Assembly: GCA_964619725.1 (NCBI GenBank)
Contig: CAZUFC010000024.1
Location: forward strand, 14,350 to 78,349
Reading direction: 5' to 3'
Length of the DNA: 64,000 nt
DNA from: an uncultured bacterium
GTDB taxonomy: Bacteria > CSSED10-310 > CAZUFC01
Translations under genes and position numbers: made by a program
The notes under the pieces: generated by a model
Told to the model about the DNA's origin: nothing
Seen by the model: the letters and a program-made list of their open reading frames with translations, nothing else
Databases searched by the model: none
Shown here: one piece after another, positions 19,210-32,223 of the stretch
How the letters are laid out: each line of letters opens with the position of its first letter
Numbering within the stretch: position 1 is the first letter of the stretch

Positions 19210-20382
19210 TTGAAAAATTTATGCATTCTTGGCTCCACAGGCTCCATAGGTCTTAATACGCTGGAAATAGTCAGGAATCATTCCGATCTTTATAATGTTG
19301 CGGCTCTTGCCGTTGGCTCCAACATAGCGGAGCTGGAAAAACAGATACGTGAGTTCCGTCCGGTTATGGCGGCAGTGGGCGACGCGCGGGCTGCCGCTGA
19401 TTTGAGCAACAGGGTCGACGATTTGCCGGTAAGAATATTTAAAGGAACAGACGGTATCGTCGATATGGTGGAGGCATGTGTAGAGGTTGATGTTGTAGTT
19501 TCCGCAATAGTGGGAAGCGCGGGGATGTTGCCGACTATAAAGGCTCTGGAATGCGACAAAAGGGTTGCTCTGGCCAATAAGGAAACCCTGGTGGCGGCGG
19601 GCGAACTGGTCATGAATATTGTCAGAAAACAACAGAAAGGCAATATTATTCCCGTCGACAGCGAACACAGCGCCGTATTCCAGTGTATTCAGGGAGAAAA
19701 ATTAAATACGGTCGAAAAAATCATATTGACGGCTTCCGGAGGTCCCTTCAGCCTGAAATCCGAAGTAAATCTTGAGGATGTGACGCCGGAACAGGCTCTT
19801 GAGCATCCCAACTGGGATATGGGTTCCAAAATAACCATTGATTCGGCTACTCTGATTAACAAGGGACTGGAAATAATTGAAGCGTGCCGTTTATTCGATA
19901 TGCCCCCCGACAGAATAGAGGCCGTTATACACCCTCAGAGCATAATTCATTCCATGGCGGCATTTCACGACGGGTCCGTCATAGCTCAGATGGGTCTGCC
20001 GGACATGAAGCTCCCCATTTTGTATGCGCTGGCCTATCCGGAAAGAATCAAAACGGGTTTTAAAAGAATGGACCTGTTTGAAATTTCGAAACTGGAATTT
20101 TTCCCGGTCGACAGAAAACGATTTCCGGGGCTGGACCTCTGCATCAGCGCAGCGGAAACAGGCGGAACGGCTCCGGCAGCGCTCAACGCCGCCGACGAAA
20201 TAGCCGTGGCCTCATTTCTCAACCGTGAAATCAGATTTATGGATATCCCTGTCGTGATCGAACATGTTCTGGACAATATTCGGCATTATCCCCTGGAATC
20301 GCCGGAACAGGTTCTGGATATCGACAGAGAAGCCAGGCGCAAAGCCGGAGAAATAATAAAATCATTGAAAATCGACACATGA
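19210..20382 (+). CDS. dxr: 1-deoxy-D-xylulose-5-phosphate reductoisomerase
   Basis: LGSTGSIG, LANKE, PVDSEH, LTASGGPF, HPNW.MG.KITIDSAT. Confidence 0.98.
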   Translation: MKNLCILGSTGSIGLNTLEIVRNHSDLYNVAALAVGSNIAELEKQIREFRPVMAAVGDARAAADLSNRVDDLPVRIFKGTDGIVDMVEACVEVDVVVSAIVGSAGMLPTIKALECDKRVALANKETLVAAGELVMNIVRKQQKGNIIPVDSEHSAVFQCIQGEKLNTVEKIILTASGGPFSLKSEVNLEDVTPEQALEHPNWDMGSKITIDSATLINKGLEIIEACRLFDMPPDRIEAVIHPQSIIHSMAAFHDGSVIAQMGLPDMKLPILYALAYPERIKTGFKRMDLFEISKLEFFPVDRKRFPGLDLCISAAETGGTAPAALNAADEIAVASFLNREIRFMDIPVVIEHVLDNIRHYPLESPEQVLDIDREARRKAGEIIKSLKIDT

Positions 20383-20474
20383 GCTCAAAGCGATTGAATC
20401 GATACCGGGTGATCTTCGGCCGGGTATGATAAAACAGGAAATATTGCATAAAAACAGCATTTTGAACGTAAAAT

Positions 20475-21542
20475 ATGGATGCCATAGAGAGAAAAAAGAC
20501 CAAACCGGTCAAAGTGGGCAATTTACACATCGGTTATCCCTATCCCGTCATTGTCCAATCAATGACAAACACGCCCACGGAAGATGTTGAAAAAACGATC
20601 GCTCAAATTCATGAACTTCAGAAGGCCGGCTGTGAACTCGTCAGAGTCGCAGTTCCCACCATGAGAGCAGCGCGCAGCCTGAGTGAGATTATCGCTTCGA
20701 TCGATATACCTTTGGTTGCAGACATTCATTTCAACTATAAACTGGCGCTGGAAGCGGTCAGTCAGGGTGTTCATAAATTGCGGCTGAATCCGGGAAACAT
20801 TGAATCCAAGGAACACGTCAGGGCAGTAGCTGAAGCGGCAAACGACCGTTCGATTCCTATCAGGATCGGCGTTAATGCCGGATCGCTGCCCCGGGATATC
20901 ATGGATAAATATGGAGGTCCCGTGCCGGAAGCCATGGTTGAAGCTTTACTCAGACACGTCAGGTTGCTGGAAGGTATGGAGTTTTTCAATATCGTGGTAT
21001 CGCTGAAATCATCGGATGTAATAACGACCGTCAGGGCTAACAGGTTGCTGGCGGAACAATGCCTCTATCCTATTCACCTGGGAATCACAGAAGCCGGACC
21101 GCCACAGACCGGCATCGTCAAATCCGCTGTGGGAATCGGGATTCTGCTCCATGAAGGAATTGGAGACACCATCAGGGTTTCTTTAACCGGCAATCCCGCA
21201 GCAGAATTGCCTGCAGCCTGGGAAATACTTAAAAGCCTGGGTATCAGGCAAAGAGGTATCGAGCTGATATCATGCCCTACCTGCGGGCGATGCCGTATCG
21301 ACATGGAATGCGTTATCTCCCGATTACTGAAAAGAATGCCCGCTGAATGCAGAAATATTAAAGTCGCTGTCATGGGTTGCGTCGTCAACGGCCCGGGGGA
21401 AGCCAAAGAAGCCGATGTGGGAATCGCAGGCGGTAAAAATTGCGCTTTTCTCTTTAAAAAAGGTAAGGTTCTCGGCAAAATCGATGAAAATCAAATCGTT
21501 GATGCCCTTATACGCGAAATTGAAAAGATGAATGCCGGATGA
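20475..21542 (+). CDS. ispG: 4-hydroxy-3-methylbut-2-enyl diphosphate synthase
   Basis: VQSMTNT, ADIHF, RIGVNAGSL, HLGITEAG, SCPTCGR, MGCVVNGPGEA. Confidence 0.98.
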   Translation: MDAIERKKTKPVKVGNLHIGYPYPVIVQSMTNTPTEDVEKTIAQIHELQKAGCELVRVAVPTMRAARSLSEIIASIDIPLVADIHFNYKLALEAVSQGVHKLRLNPGNIESKEHVRAVAEAANDRSIPIRIGVNAGSLPRDIMDKYGGPVPEAMVEALLRHVRLLEGMEFFNIVVSLKSSDVITTVRANRLLAEQCLYPIHLGITEAGPPQTGIVKSAVGIGILLHEGIGDTIRVSLTGNPAAELPAAWEILKSLGIRQRGIELISCPTCGRCRIDMECVISRLLKRMPAECRNIKVAVMGCVVNGPGEAKEADVGIAGGKNCAFLFKKGKVLGKIDENQIVDALIREIEKMNAG

Positions 21543-21990
21543 TCAAGAGTTTCATGCAGTAATTACAGACCTGTTTGAACCGGCTGACTATCACGCCGCT
21601 CGTATTTTTATTGGGAACGACAAAAAAAACGGCGCAATACATTCTCCCATTTACAAAGGCATAGTTTTAGACGCACTCGTTACAAGAATTCAGCCGGGAT
21701 CGGTATCGAAATAGAAGCAAATAGTGCCGGGAGCTTTACGCAAAAAAAAAACGGATGTTTATCAGGCGATGATGAAGCATTTTGGGTTTAATTGCACTGT
21801 GAGTAATTGAGTGACAATGCCTTTGCTTTTTTTTGAATATTTTGACACAGTGCACAATTATCAGTATTTGATGAAGAGATGGCCTTTTATGCGAGGCTGC
21901 TTAGCTTTTTTTGAGACTGCTTGCGTTTCATTTATAATATGGTTTTTCGGTGAAAAAAACGAAAAGTAATATTTTATGACGGAGGAGAGG

Positions 21991-24291
21991 ATGAAAAAAT
22001 TATCGACGTTTTTTGTTTTTCTAGGCGTATTATTGACTGCCGCATTCGTGCATGCGGCAATACCTCAAACGGTTAACTACCAGGGATATCTGACTGATGC
22101 CGACGGCCTGGCGCTTAACGGCGCTTTTTCCATGGAATTCCAGATTTATGATGCGGAGATTGAGGGAACGCTTCTGTGGTCAGAGCAGCAAACGGAGGTG
22201 GCGGTTGATTCCGGATTATTTCATGTGCTGCTGGGTGATGCCGTCCCGATAGATTTGACGTTTGACGAACCATATTGGCTGGAGATCATAGTGGAAGGCG
22301 AACCTTTATATCCCCGGCAAGCGTTGACGAGCGTGGGCCAGGCATTTAAAGCGGCTGATGCGGATGATGTTTACGGTAGAGACATTAATCCCGGCAGTAT
22401 CTCCATTGAAGAATACGGACTAGTAATTGACGAAACAGGACAATGGGTAGGCGATCCCACCGGTTTAACGGGTCCGCAGGGCGACACCGGTCCGACAGGC
22501 CCTCAAGGCGACACAGGTCCGATAGGCCCTCAAGGCGAAACCGGCCCGATAGGTCCCCAAGGCGAAACCGGTCCGGTAGGTTCTCAAGGCGATACCGGCC
22601 CGATAGGTCCTCAAGGCGACACCGGTCCGATAGGCCCTCAAGGTGATACCGGTCCGATAGGTCCCCAAGGCGATACCGGTCCGATAGGCCCTCAAGGCGA
22701 CACCGGTCCAGTAGGTCCTCAAGGCGACACCGGTCCGATAGGCCCTCAAGGCGACACCGGTCCGATAGGTCCCCAAGGTGAAACCGGCCCAATGGGCCTC
22801 CAGGGTGATACTGGTCCGATTGGTCCCCAAGGCGACACCGGTCCGATAGGTCCTCAAGGCGATACCGGCCCAATAGGTCCCCAAGGTGACACCGGTCCAA
22901 TGGGACTTCAGGGTGATACTGGTCCGATTGGTCCCCAAGGCGACACCGGTCCGATAGGTCCTCAAGGCGATACCGGCCCAATAGGTCCCCAAGGCGATAC
23001 CGGCCCAATAGGTCTCCAAGGTGAAACCGGCCCAATGGGCCTCCAGGGTGAAACCGGCCCGATAGGCCCTCAAGGCGAAACCGGCCCAATGGGACTCCAG
23101 GGTGAAACCGGCCCGATGGGCCCGCAAGGCGATACGGGTCCTCAAGGTCCGCAGGGTCCGCCAGGTCCGCAAGGTTTGACGGGTCCGCAGGGTCCCACCG
23201 GTCCGCAAGGAATGCAAGGCGACCAGGGACCTATAGGTCCACAGGGGCCGACGGGGCCACAAGGCGAACAGGGCCCGACTGGTCCCCAGGGTCCGCAAGG
23301 ACCGACAGGTCCGGTTGCAGGTTCAGACAATCAAATGATCTACAATGACAACGGAAGCGCCGGCGGCGCCGAAATCTATTATGACGACGCGACCGGTAAC
23401 CTGGGCATAGGGACAAACGATCCCCAAACAGCGCTTCATGTAGAAGGCGTAATATATAACCCTGCTAAATCTTTTTCTTTTTATCTGCGTGACGATACGC
23501 GTCTGGGACTGCAGTATGAAGGGGCCCAGACGAACGGACAGTTTATCGTCGATTGGATTTTTTCCGAAGATTTCATTACCGATACAGGATGTGATCCGTC
23601 GGTCGATATTATATGGATGTATAAGAACGGCCATTGGTATGCTTCTGACGGACCCGGCGGAGGACCTGACGATATAGGTTCCGGGACCGTCATAGACAAC
23701 GGCGACACTTTCTATGTGTTTTTATCCTCTTCCAGCAGTTGCTACGGTCTCATACACTGGCCTGGTTCTTACAGTCTGGGATACGGATGGCAGGATATTA
23801 TCGTCAGAGACGTCAGCGCATACGATATTTCAGCCGACGGTAATGTCGGCGTCGGTTATGCGGCGGGCGGCGGCGCCGAATTAGCCGTTGACGGCAATGT
23901 CGCCATCGGAACAAACAGCGCATCCAATCCCATAACTATGGGCGGAGGAGCCTACTGCACCGGTTCTGCCTGGGTGAATTCCTCCTCCCGGGAATACAAG
24001 CAAAATATTCAGGAATTACCTTTAAACAAGGCATTACAGGCATTGCCGGAACTAAAACCGGTCACATTCAACTACAAAAATGATCCGGAAGAACAATGGA
24101 CTGGCTTTATCTCAGAAGAACTGCCGGAACTCGCTCAAGTCCATGAAGGAAAAGGCGCCAGCGCTCTCGACATCGTCGCCATTCTGACGAGAATCGTGCA
24201 GGACCAGCAGAAACGTCTTGAAGAACAACAGGCATTGCTGGAACGACAAACGAAAGAAATAGAGGAACTGAAATCCAGGTTGAAACCTTGA
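21991..24291 (+). CDS. Secreted collagen-like trimeric fibre with C-terminal peptidase S74 intramolecular chaperone (paralog 1)
   Basis: Signal peptide (..VHA|AIP), N-domain [13 protein letters not shown], ~95 Gly-X-Y triplets, [14 protein letters not shown] fibre repeats, [21 protein letters not shown] chaperone, then a coiled coil. Start chosen at MKKLS after RBS GGAGGA. Confidence 0.88.
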   Translation: MKKLSTFFVFLGVLLTAAFVHAAIPQTVNYQGYLTDADGLALNGAFSMEFQIYDAEIEGTLLWSEQQTEVAVDSGLFHVLLGDAVPIDLTFDEPYWLEIIVEGEPLYPRQALTSVGQAFKAADADDVYGRDINPGSISIEEYGLVIDETGQWVGDPTGLTGPQGDTGPTGPQGDTGPIGPQGETGPIGPQGETGPVGSQGDTGPIGPQGDTGPIGPQGDTGPIGPQGDTGPIGPQGDTGPVGPQGDTGPIGPQGDTGPIGPQGETGPMGLQGDTGPIGPQGDTGPIGPQGDTGPIGPQGDTGPMGLQGDTGPIGPQGDTGPIGPQGDTGPIGPQGDTGPIGLQGETGPMGLQGETGPIGPQGETGPMGLQGETGPMGPQGDTGPQGPQGPPGPQGLTGPQGPTGPQGMQGDQGPIGPQGPTGPQGEQGPTGPQGPQGPTGPVAGSDNQMIYNDNGSAGGAEIYYDDATGNLGIGTNDPQTALHVEGVIYNPAKSFSFYLRDDTRLGLQYEGAQTNGQFIVDWIFSEDFITDTGCDPSVDIIWMYKNGHWYASDGPGGGPDDIGSGTVIDNGDTFYVFLSSSSSCYGLIHWPGSYSLGYGWQDIIVRDVSAYDISADGNVGVGYAAGGGAELAVDGNVAIGTNSASNPITMGGGAYCTGSAWVNSSSREYKQNIQELPLNKALQALPELKPVTFNYKNDPEEQWTGFISEELPELAQVHEGKGASALDIVAILTRIVQDQQKRLEEQQALLERQTKEIEELKSRLKP
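22462..23316 (+). repeat. 9/27-bp coding tandem repeat (GPQ-GD/ET-GPI)n
   Basis: 855 bp = 95 Gly-X-Y codon triplets. Confidence 0.95.
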
Positions 24292-24442
24292 ATGGAATAA
24301 GTCAGCGTCTTTCCGGGAAGTTCATGTAACCGGAATATCCGTTGACGGTCCGGCGCTTTTTAATGATGGGGAGCTTGCTCAAAAGGCAAGTCATAATATA
24401 TATCCGAAGAGACAAAAGAAATATTTTATGATGGAGGAAAAG

Positions 24443-26626
<2,184 letters not shown>

Positions 26627-26664
26627 TAAGCTATCTCAAATCATTTCTCTCTCAAGAAAGGGCC

Positions 26665-27987
26665 TCATACATCTAAATTTTCCAGGAATGCCGGCGTATA
26701 TTTAAACGCTTTCTTATCCAGAAACTCGATCAAACGGTTCAACCGGTCTGATTTTTCAATAACGGCATTATTCCTGTAAAGACACGTTCCCGGCAATATC
26801 TGTGCAGGATTGACCTGGGCTATTTTGGGTATGAAAGCTTGGTTGCGGCTTAAAAATTCGAGGGTTTCACAGAAGTTTTCCTCGCTTTCTCCGGGATAAT
26901 CCGTTATCAGGCTGATTTCACAGTGCAACCCAGCCTGTTTCAATTTTTTCAGAAGTCCTGACGCTGTTTCTGAATCGAAGCCCTTGTTCATGAATTTTAA
27001 CGTTCTGTCGGAGCCGCTTTCGAGTCCTATGAAAACGTTATAACAGCCGCTTTTTTTCATTTTTTGAAAGAGTTCCAGCGTCATATTCCTTCTAATCATC
27101 AACTGACCTTCCCATTTCAGTCGGATATCACGGCGTATTATAAGATCGCAGAAGCGTTCGAGTTTATCCGGATCGCCGTTTATCAGGGAATCGTGAAAAA
27201 CAAAGTTTCTCGCATCATATTTTCGTTGCAGTCCCTCTATTTCTTCAATCACATTTTCAGGCGTTCGCATACGGAAACGGGAAGAAAGCAGTCGTTCCGA
27301 ACAAAAAGAACAGCGACGCAGACATCCTCGACTGAAAAGGATCGAAAATGTTTTCTGTTGCAGATAGTCCGACAAGGGGAAATCAAGGTATTGAGGATAG
27401 GGCGCATGATCGAGGTTTTTATGTTCCTGATGAGAAATGAAGCGTTGGTTCGCCTCTGATTTCAGTATCGCCTCAAGCGGCTTTTCTCCTTCGCCGGCGA
27501 CGATGTGACTGATATGTTCGTAGGCCGCTAATGCTGATTCACTTTTATAATCATTCGCATCGAAAAGTATTTGCGGTCCTCCGGCAATGATCTTTGCATT
27601 CCCGTTTTGCCTTTTCAAAGAATCGATTATCCTGAGAGAAGGTTTCCTGTTAGCGGCATAGATGCTGAAACAATAATGATTCGCATTGAATGCCGTCAAT
27701 TCGTCTATCATTTCCTTTTTTCTATGTGCTAGTTCGGCCAGCGTCCAGTCGTAAACCTGCGTCATGGCCGGCTTTTTTGCTGACAGCCATAATTTTTGAA
27801 TACATTTCGGCGCTTTTTTGAAGAACTCTATGTTCCAGTCGAAAACCTTATAAGGAATTCCCGCGCTCAGAAGGGTAGATTCCAGAAAAGCCAGGCCCAA
27901 TGGCGGACGCTGATGCCAGAAGGGCGGACAGAGAATAAGCGCTGCGGAAGGGTTCATTTTAAGCAACAAAACTTCCTTATGGTTCAA
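26665..27987 (-). CDS. B12-binding-domain radical SAM protein
   Basis: PPLGLAFL N-terminal cobalamin-domain motif, GGPQ, GEGE, SRGCLRRCSFC, IGLESGS. Start may be 27957. Confidence 0.9.
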   Translation of the reverse strand: MNHKEVLLLKMNPSAALILCPPFWHQRPPLGLAFLESTLLSAGIPYKVFDWNIEFFKKAPKCIQKLWLSAKKPAMTQVYDWTLAELAHRKKEMIDELTAFNANHYCFSIYAANRKPSLRIIDSLKRQNGNAKIIAGGPQILFDANDYKSESALAAYEHISHIVAGEGEKPLEAILKSEANQRFISHQEHKNLDHAPYPQYLDFPLSDYLQQKTFSILFSRGCLRRCSFCSERLLSSRFRMRTPENVIEEIEGLQRKYDARNFVFHDSLINGDPDKLERFCDLIIRRDIRLKWEGQLMIRRNMTLELFQKMKKSGCYNVFIGLESGSDRTLKFMNKGFDSETASGLLKKLKQAGLHCEISLITDYPGESEENFCETLEFLSRNQAFIPKIAQVNPAQILPGTCLYRNNAVIEKSDRLNRLIEFLDKKAFKYTPAFLENLDV

Positions 27988-28134
27988 AAGAAATTTATTT
28001 TTTTCAACGCCGGAGTTTAAATAAATCTATTCCTTGCAGCCGGCAGGAATCATCGGGGATTATTTTCTTATATGAGCTTCTACGATAGAGTTCAAATTCT
28101 CCCTGTTCTGATCAGACGGGTATTTTATCCGTGT

Positions 28135-31100
28135 TTATTCATAACCGAAACTGACGACATCGAATTCGCCGACAAGTATGCTGCTCTGGGGATGCAGGAA
28201 TGCGCCCCAGAACTTCAATCCTTCGGCAGCCCCGACGTTTTCCGTGGGCCAGTCGAATTGAAGCCGGGTTTGATGGTCGTATTCGTAAGAGGGCAGTTCG
28301 ACGAGGGCGCAATCCGGTTCGACGGACCAGTCGGGCCAGAACCAGTAGCTTCCGTAGACGTCAAGGATGATCCATTCGTCCAGTTCCATAGTTCCGTGAG
28401 GGTTCCAGCCGGTTCGGGTCAGGATGAATTCGTCTCCGGCATGAAAGGTTTCATGATTGAGGTTGAGGTTCATGACCACGTGGTCCGGGTGATCTTCCGG
28501 TGTTGAAGTAGGCGTGAGCGTCGAGGGCGGTTCCGGCGTGAAGGAAGGATAGAAGGTCGGAGTAGGCGTAGTTGGAGAGAAAGTGGGGTACATGGTAGCT
28601 GTGGGAGTAATGGGAGTATCGGTCGGGGTCCTGGTCGGCGAGCAGGTCGGTGTCGAAGTAGGGGTAAAGGTGGGTTCAGGGGTAGGCGTAAAGGGCGGAA
28701 TTGTGGGCGTCGGAGGAATGCATTCGGATGTATAAGAGACCAGTACGTCATCAATGTTCCATCCGCAGAACCGCCATCCTGAATCCGTGGGACCCATGCC
28801 CCAGCGTATCTTGACGTTGAAATGCCCTGCAGCCCATTGCGTCAGATCATATTCGACGAATTCCCATTCTCCGCCGTTCATAGTGGTCGTATTTTCCCAG
28901 AATACATCCCAGGATGATCCGCCGTTGCTGCTGACCTCGATATAAGCGTGATCGTAAGTAGGCTGTTCCACTCCCAGCCATCTCCAGAAAGAAAGATAAA
29001 CCTGTTCCGCTCCTGAACAGTCAATTGCACCCGTGGTCATATAGCGCGTATTGTACATGTTGTTGGGATAATCCCCGTTCAGATTGTAGCCGCATACGTT
29101 ATTGCCCGTGTAACCGCTCGTTGGATCAGGTTCGCCGTAATCACCGCCGTTGCCCGTGGGTTGCCCCCAGTCCCAGTCGCCGTCCATGGACCATCCCGGA
29201 TTCATATTCATGTCCTGCCAGAGGATAACATGAAGCTCAAGCGTGGTAAAATCGTAATAATATCCGTCATTGTCATCGACGATCATGTTGCCTGCAGCGT
29301 CAGAGGACTGAACTTCAAAATAATAGACCGAACAGTCATCGAGGCCGTTCAATACCGCCTGGTGTTCCTCGACGTCGAATTCGTCAAAATACAGGATGGA
29401 AGGAGGATATGTCGTCCCGTATCGAACGACGGTATCGGCAGGTTCATCGGTTGTCCAGGAAATAATCGCTCTTTCGTGCGAGACATCCTCTACCGTCACA
29501 TTGGAAATGGCCGGAGCAACGCAATCGACCTGCGCCGTCATTTCCACCGGTTGCGGTTCGCCCTGACAATCCGCATCTTCGTAAAGCACATAAACCAGGT
29601 CGCCGTGAGTCACCTGGACCGTTCCCGGTGAAGAATAGGCGGACAATGCCGCTGTTCCTTCGAAAGTCCCCGTATTCGCTCCCGTTTCGGTTAATGTGAA
29701 ATACTCGCCCGAAGGATCGGTATCACTGGTCACTGAAACTTGCGCTGTTTCAAACTCCATGGGATTCGCGTTCAAGTCCTGGTCAATCAGATTGATCCCG
29801 ATTTCCGATTCGCAGCCGTATTTCGTGCTGTCTAGCGTTAAAAAACCGCAGCCGGGAATGATATGAGTCGTCACTACGGCATCCAGGTCGAAACCGGGGT
29901 CCGGAGCGCTTGATGAACCGTCGCCGTCATCGACGATTTTTACGTAACGGGCCGTTTCCAGTCCTGTGCCGTAAATGTCGAATGAAGATGTTCCCGTTCC
30001 GGAACCCACCGATTGCCAGGGACCTCGCCAATCATTACCCACATAAACATCGTATCCTTCCTCCGTCCCCGTCGCTTCGTGAATTGTGAAGTCATCATCT
30101 TCACTGTCCCAGATTTCCGTTCCTGCTCCCATGTCGAGAACAATGTATCCGTCCACGCCGATTGAATAATAATAATCGTCGGGCGGTCCCAATGCCTCGA
30201 ATGTCAACGTCTCGTTCGTATCTCCGTAACTCGTGTCATTGCATATTATCGTCCGGTAAGCATAGCCGTCCGCTGCCGCCGTCAATTCCACGTCTAGCTC
30301 AGCGACCTCTCCGTTGACCACCATTACGCCGCCTATCGTCTGCAGCTCATAATCATTGGCCCATATCTGAACAGTATATGTCCCCGCCCTCAGATACTTA
30401 TGATAATCGCCCAGCGACGGATCGCCGTATCCTATGTCGCGTAATCCGACATACATCCCTTCTACGCGAATTACCGCAGGAACAGGCTCACCTGTGGCGG
30501 CATCGGTTACCATGCCCTGGAGTCCATATCCGGCCTCTTCTATCATGAATAATGATGCCTCACGGTTCCGTTCAAAATATCCATCAATCTGAGATGCCGG
30601 CGGCGTCTTCGTATAAGATATTTCCACACATTGACCCAAAGCCCCGTTTATGCCCAGATCATAATCCATCGAACCGCCGTTCACTTGGTAAAGAACATGG
30701 CCGCATTGCCCGCCTGTATATGAGGACAATGCCGAATATTCATTCTGAACATACTCATGCTCAAGATAATTCGGAGCACGGTCGTTCGTATAACACCACG
30801 AATACAGAAACATCTCCGTCCCTGAATGATACGTCATCGACATCGAATAAGGACGCGCCAGAATATATTCCGCCATCGCCTGCGTTTCCGGCTGCGATAA
30901 CGGGGAAGGACTGCCGCCGTCTCCGTTCCATTGATATCCATAGTCGCGGTTGCAATCAACATAATTGGCGTTGTAACGCATCCCCATCTCCATGCCGTCA
31001 GGATTCACGCACGGCAATATCCAGATTTCCCGCGTATTCACCAGCTCGGTTATTAAAGGGTCTGTCCCATAACCTTCCACCAACAACTCCGTCAATAGAT

Positions 31101-31647
31101 AAGCTACTTCCTGTCCGATCTTTTCATCTCCATGGATGTTGCCGTCGAATCGTATCTCAGCCTCATTTTCATTCGCAGACACATTATCCGAAATTTTCAT
31201 CAACCATAAATCACGTCCCTGCACGCTCGTTCCCATCGACGACATGGCGCATATGTCCGGATAATTCGTCGCCAATGCCTCAAGATCGCTCGTCAGCTCT
31301 GTGTAACTGTGATATTCAGACTTCTCTCCGTCCCCTATCGCTCGAATCCGCTCCCACTCCTGCTTTAAATCTGATACAACCACTCTCGCATCAAATCCGG
31401 CCGCCCTCAGTTCACTCAAACCTTCCTCGTCAACATCAGACAAAAAGTCACCCGCTTCATTTATTCCTACTAAATATATCCCGTGCTTATACAATCCCTC
31501 CAACTCCGAAGGAACGTCTAAAGAAACAGCCACACGCATCGTAGGCGGCCATCCGGCCCATGCCGCCGGGTTGTAAGTTACCGTAAAAAATATCGTTAAT
31601 ACCAATAAAATGAATATCCCGTTGCCGATCAGCCGATAAGTTTTCAT
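28135..31647 (-). CDS. Secreted multidomain M14 zinc carboxypeptidase with Ig/FN3-like modules, Pro/Thr linker and C-terminal domain
   Basis: Signal peptide; G.SVQGR, GNIHGDE (HxxE), VNPDG, R.N...DCNR, SQPET, YHSG, VEIS; carboxypeptidase regulatory domain; WTTDEPAD FN3-like module; PTPT repeats. Confidence 0.9.
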   Translation of the reverse strand: MKTYRLIGNGIFILLVLTIFFTVTYNPAAWAGWPPTMRVAVSLDVPSELEGLYKHGIYLVGINEAGDFLSDVDEEGLSELRAAGFDARVVVSDLKQEWERIRAIGDGEKSEYHSYTELTSDLEALATNYPDICAMSSMGTSVQGRDLWLMKISDNVSANENEAEIRFDGNIHGDEKIGQEVAYLLTELLVEGYGTDPLITELVNTREIWILPCVNPDGMEMGMRYNANYVDCNRDYGYQWNGDGGSPSPLSQPETQAMAEYILARPYSMSMTYHSGTEMFLYSWCYTNDRAPNYLEHEYVQNEYSALSSYTGGQCGHVLYQVNGGSMDYDLGINGALGQCVEISYTKTPPASQIDGYFERNREASLFMIEEAGYGLQGMVTDAATGEPVPAVIRVEGMYVGLRDIGYGDPSLGDYHKYLRAGTYTVQIWANDYELQTIGGVMVVNGEVAELDVELTAAADGYAYRTIICNDTSYGDTNETLTFEALGPPDDYYYSIGVDGYIVLDMGAGTEIWDSEDDDFTIHEATGTEEGYDVYVGNDWRGPWQSVGSGTGTSSFDIYGTGLETARYVKIVDDGDGSSSAPDPGFDLDAVVTTHIIPGCGFLTLDSTKYGCESEIGINLIDQDLNANPMEFETAQVSVTSDTDPSGEYFTLTETGANTGTFEGTAALSAYSSPGTVQVTHGDLVYVLYEDADCQGEPQPVEMTAQVDCVAPAISNVTVEDVSHERAIISWTTDEPADTVVRYGTTYPPSILYFDEFDVEEHQAVLNGLDDCSVYYFEVQSSDAAGNMIVDDNDGYYYDFTTLELHVILWQDMNMNPGWSMDGDWDWGQPTGNGGDYGEPDPTSGYTGNNVCGYNLNGDYPNNMYNTRYMTTGAIDCSGAEQVYLSFWRWLGVEQPTYDHAYIEVSSNGGSSWDVFWENTTTMNGGEWEFVEYDLTQWAAGHFNVKIRWGMGPTDSGWRFCGWNIDDVLVSYTSECIPPTPTIPPFTPTPEPTFTPTSTPTCSPTRTPTDTPITPTATMYPTFSPTTPTPTFYPSFTPEPPSTLTPTSTPEDHPDHVVMNLNLNHETFHAGDEFILTRTGWNPHGTMELDEWIILDVYGSYWFWPDWSVEPDCALVELPSYEYDHQTRLQFDWPTENVGAAEGLKFWGAFLHPQSSILVGEFDVVSFGYE

Positions 31648-31861
31648 TCAGTCCCCCGTTGCTTCATTAAATTCACGTTCTGCAGCTTTCCATGCTGCAC
31701 CCAAAAAAGCCAATGGGAAAATTTATGGATAAAAATCCCAATGCCCGCTTGCCGTAATTTGCATTATGTTATTCATATTCACTGATTCTACCCAGCCTCA
31801 CTTAATTCCATGAAGTGAAACTCCGCTTTAGTTATTAACATATTGAAACCGAAAAAGAAAG

Positions 31862-32012
31862 AAAAGGGGGAAGATTGGAAGGGGGAAGATTGGAAGAATG
31901 GAGGATTGTGAAGGTGTAGGATTGGAATAATGAGAGGATTGGAAGATTGGAGGATTGTAGGATGGCTGGATTGGAAGAGGGGAAGATTTAAGGATTTGAA
32001 AATTGGAGGGGA
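31862..32012 (+). repeat. Purine-rich degenerate 8-mer repeat tract (GGAAGATT/GGAGGATT)
   Basis: About 150 bp with almost no C; many copies of GATTGGAA/GATTGGAG. Confidence 0.8.
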
Positions 32013-32154
32013 TTGATCAAAACGGGGTTACAGTTCTTTCAAGATTTTCGACAGTTTGTTTCAGTAATCGGGGTCGGTATCGTAATCTAAATCGAAACTG
32101 AATGATGGGATATTCGGAAGAAATGTAACCTCAAAAGACCTGTTTTTGATCAAT
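32012..32154. repeat. Long imperfect palindrome, MITE-like
   Basis: Nested inverted pairs ATTGATCAAAA/TTTTGATCAAT, GGTTACA/TGTAACC, TTCAGT/ACTGAA. The left arm resembles 33948-34004. Confidence 0.6.
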
Positions 32155-32223
32155 GCCAATTATTGAGTTAATGAGGCTGGATTTCGTTTGCTTAGAGAAT
32201 TAATTGCCTGAATTGAATCAAAT

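Noticed and set aside
21543-21975. Possible riboswitch or small ORF upstream of the fibre genes
   Set aside because: Only a weak inverted repeat (AATTGCACTGTG/CACAGTGCACAATT) and promoter-like boxes; no riboswitch consensus recognised.
30552-31544. 330-aa plus-strand ORF
   Set aside because: It is antisense to the M14 catalytic domain, has Pro/Ser/His-rich shadow composition and shows no motifs.
32012-32154. Long palindrome downstream of the ATPase as an integron attC site
   Set aside because: The ends do not fit RYYYAAC/GTTRRRY, and there is no integrase or cassette array.
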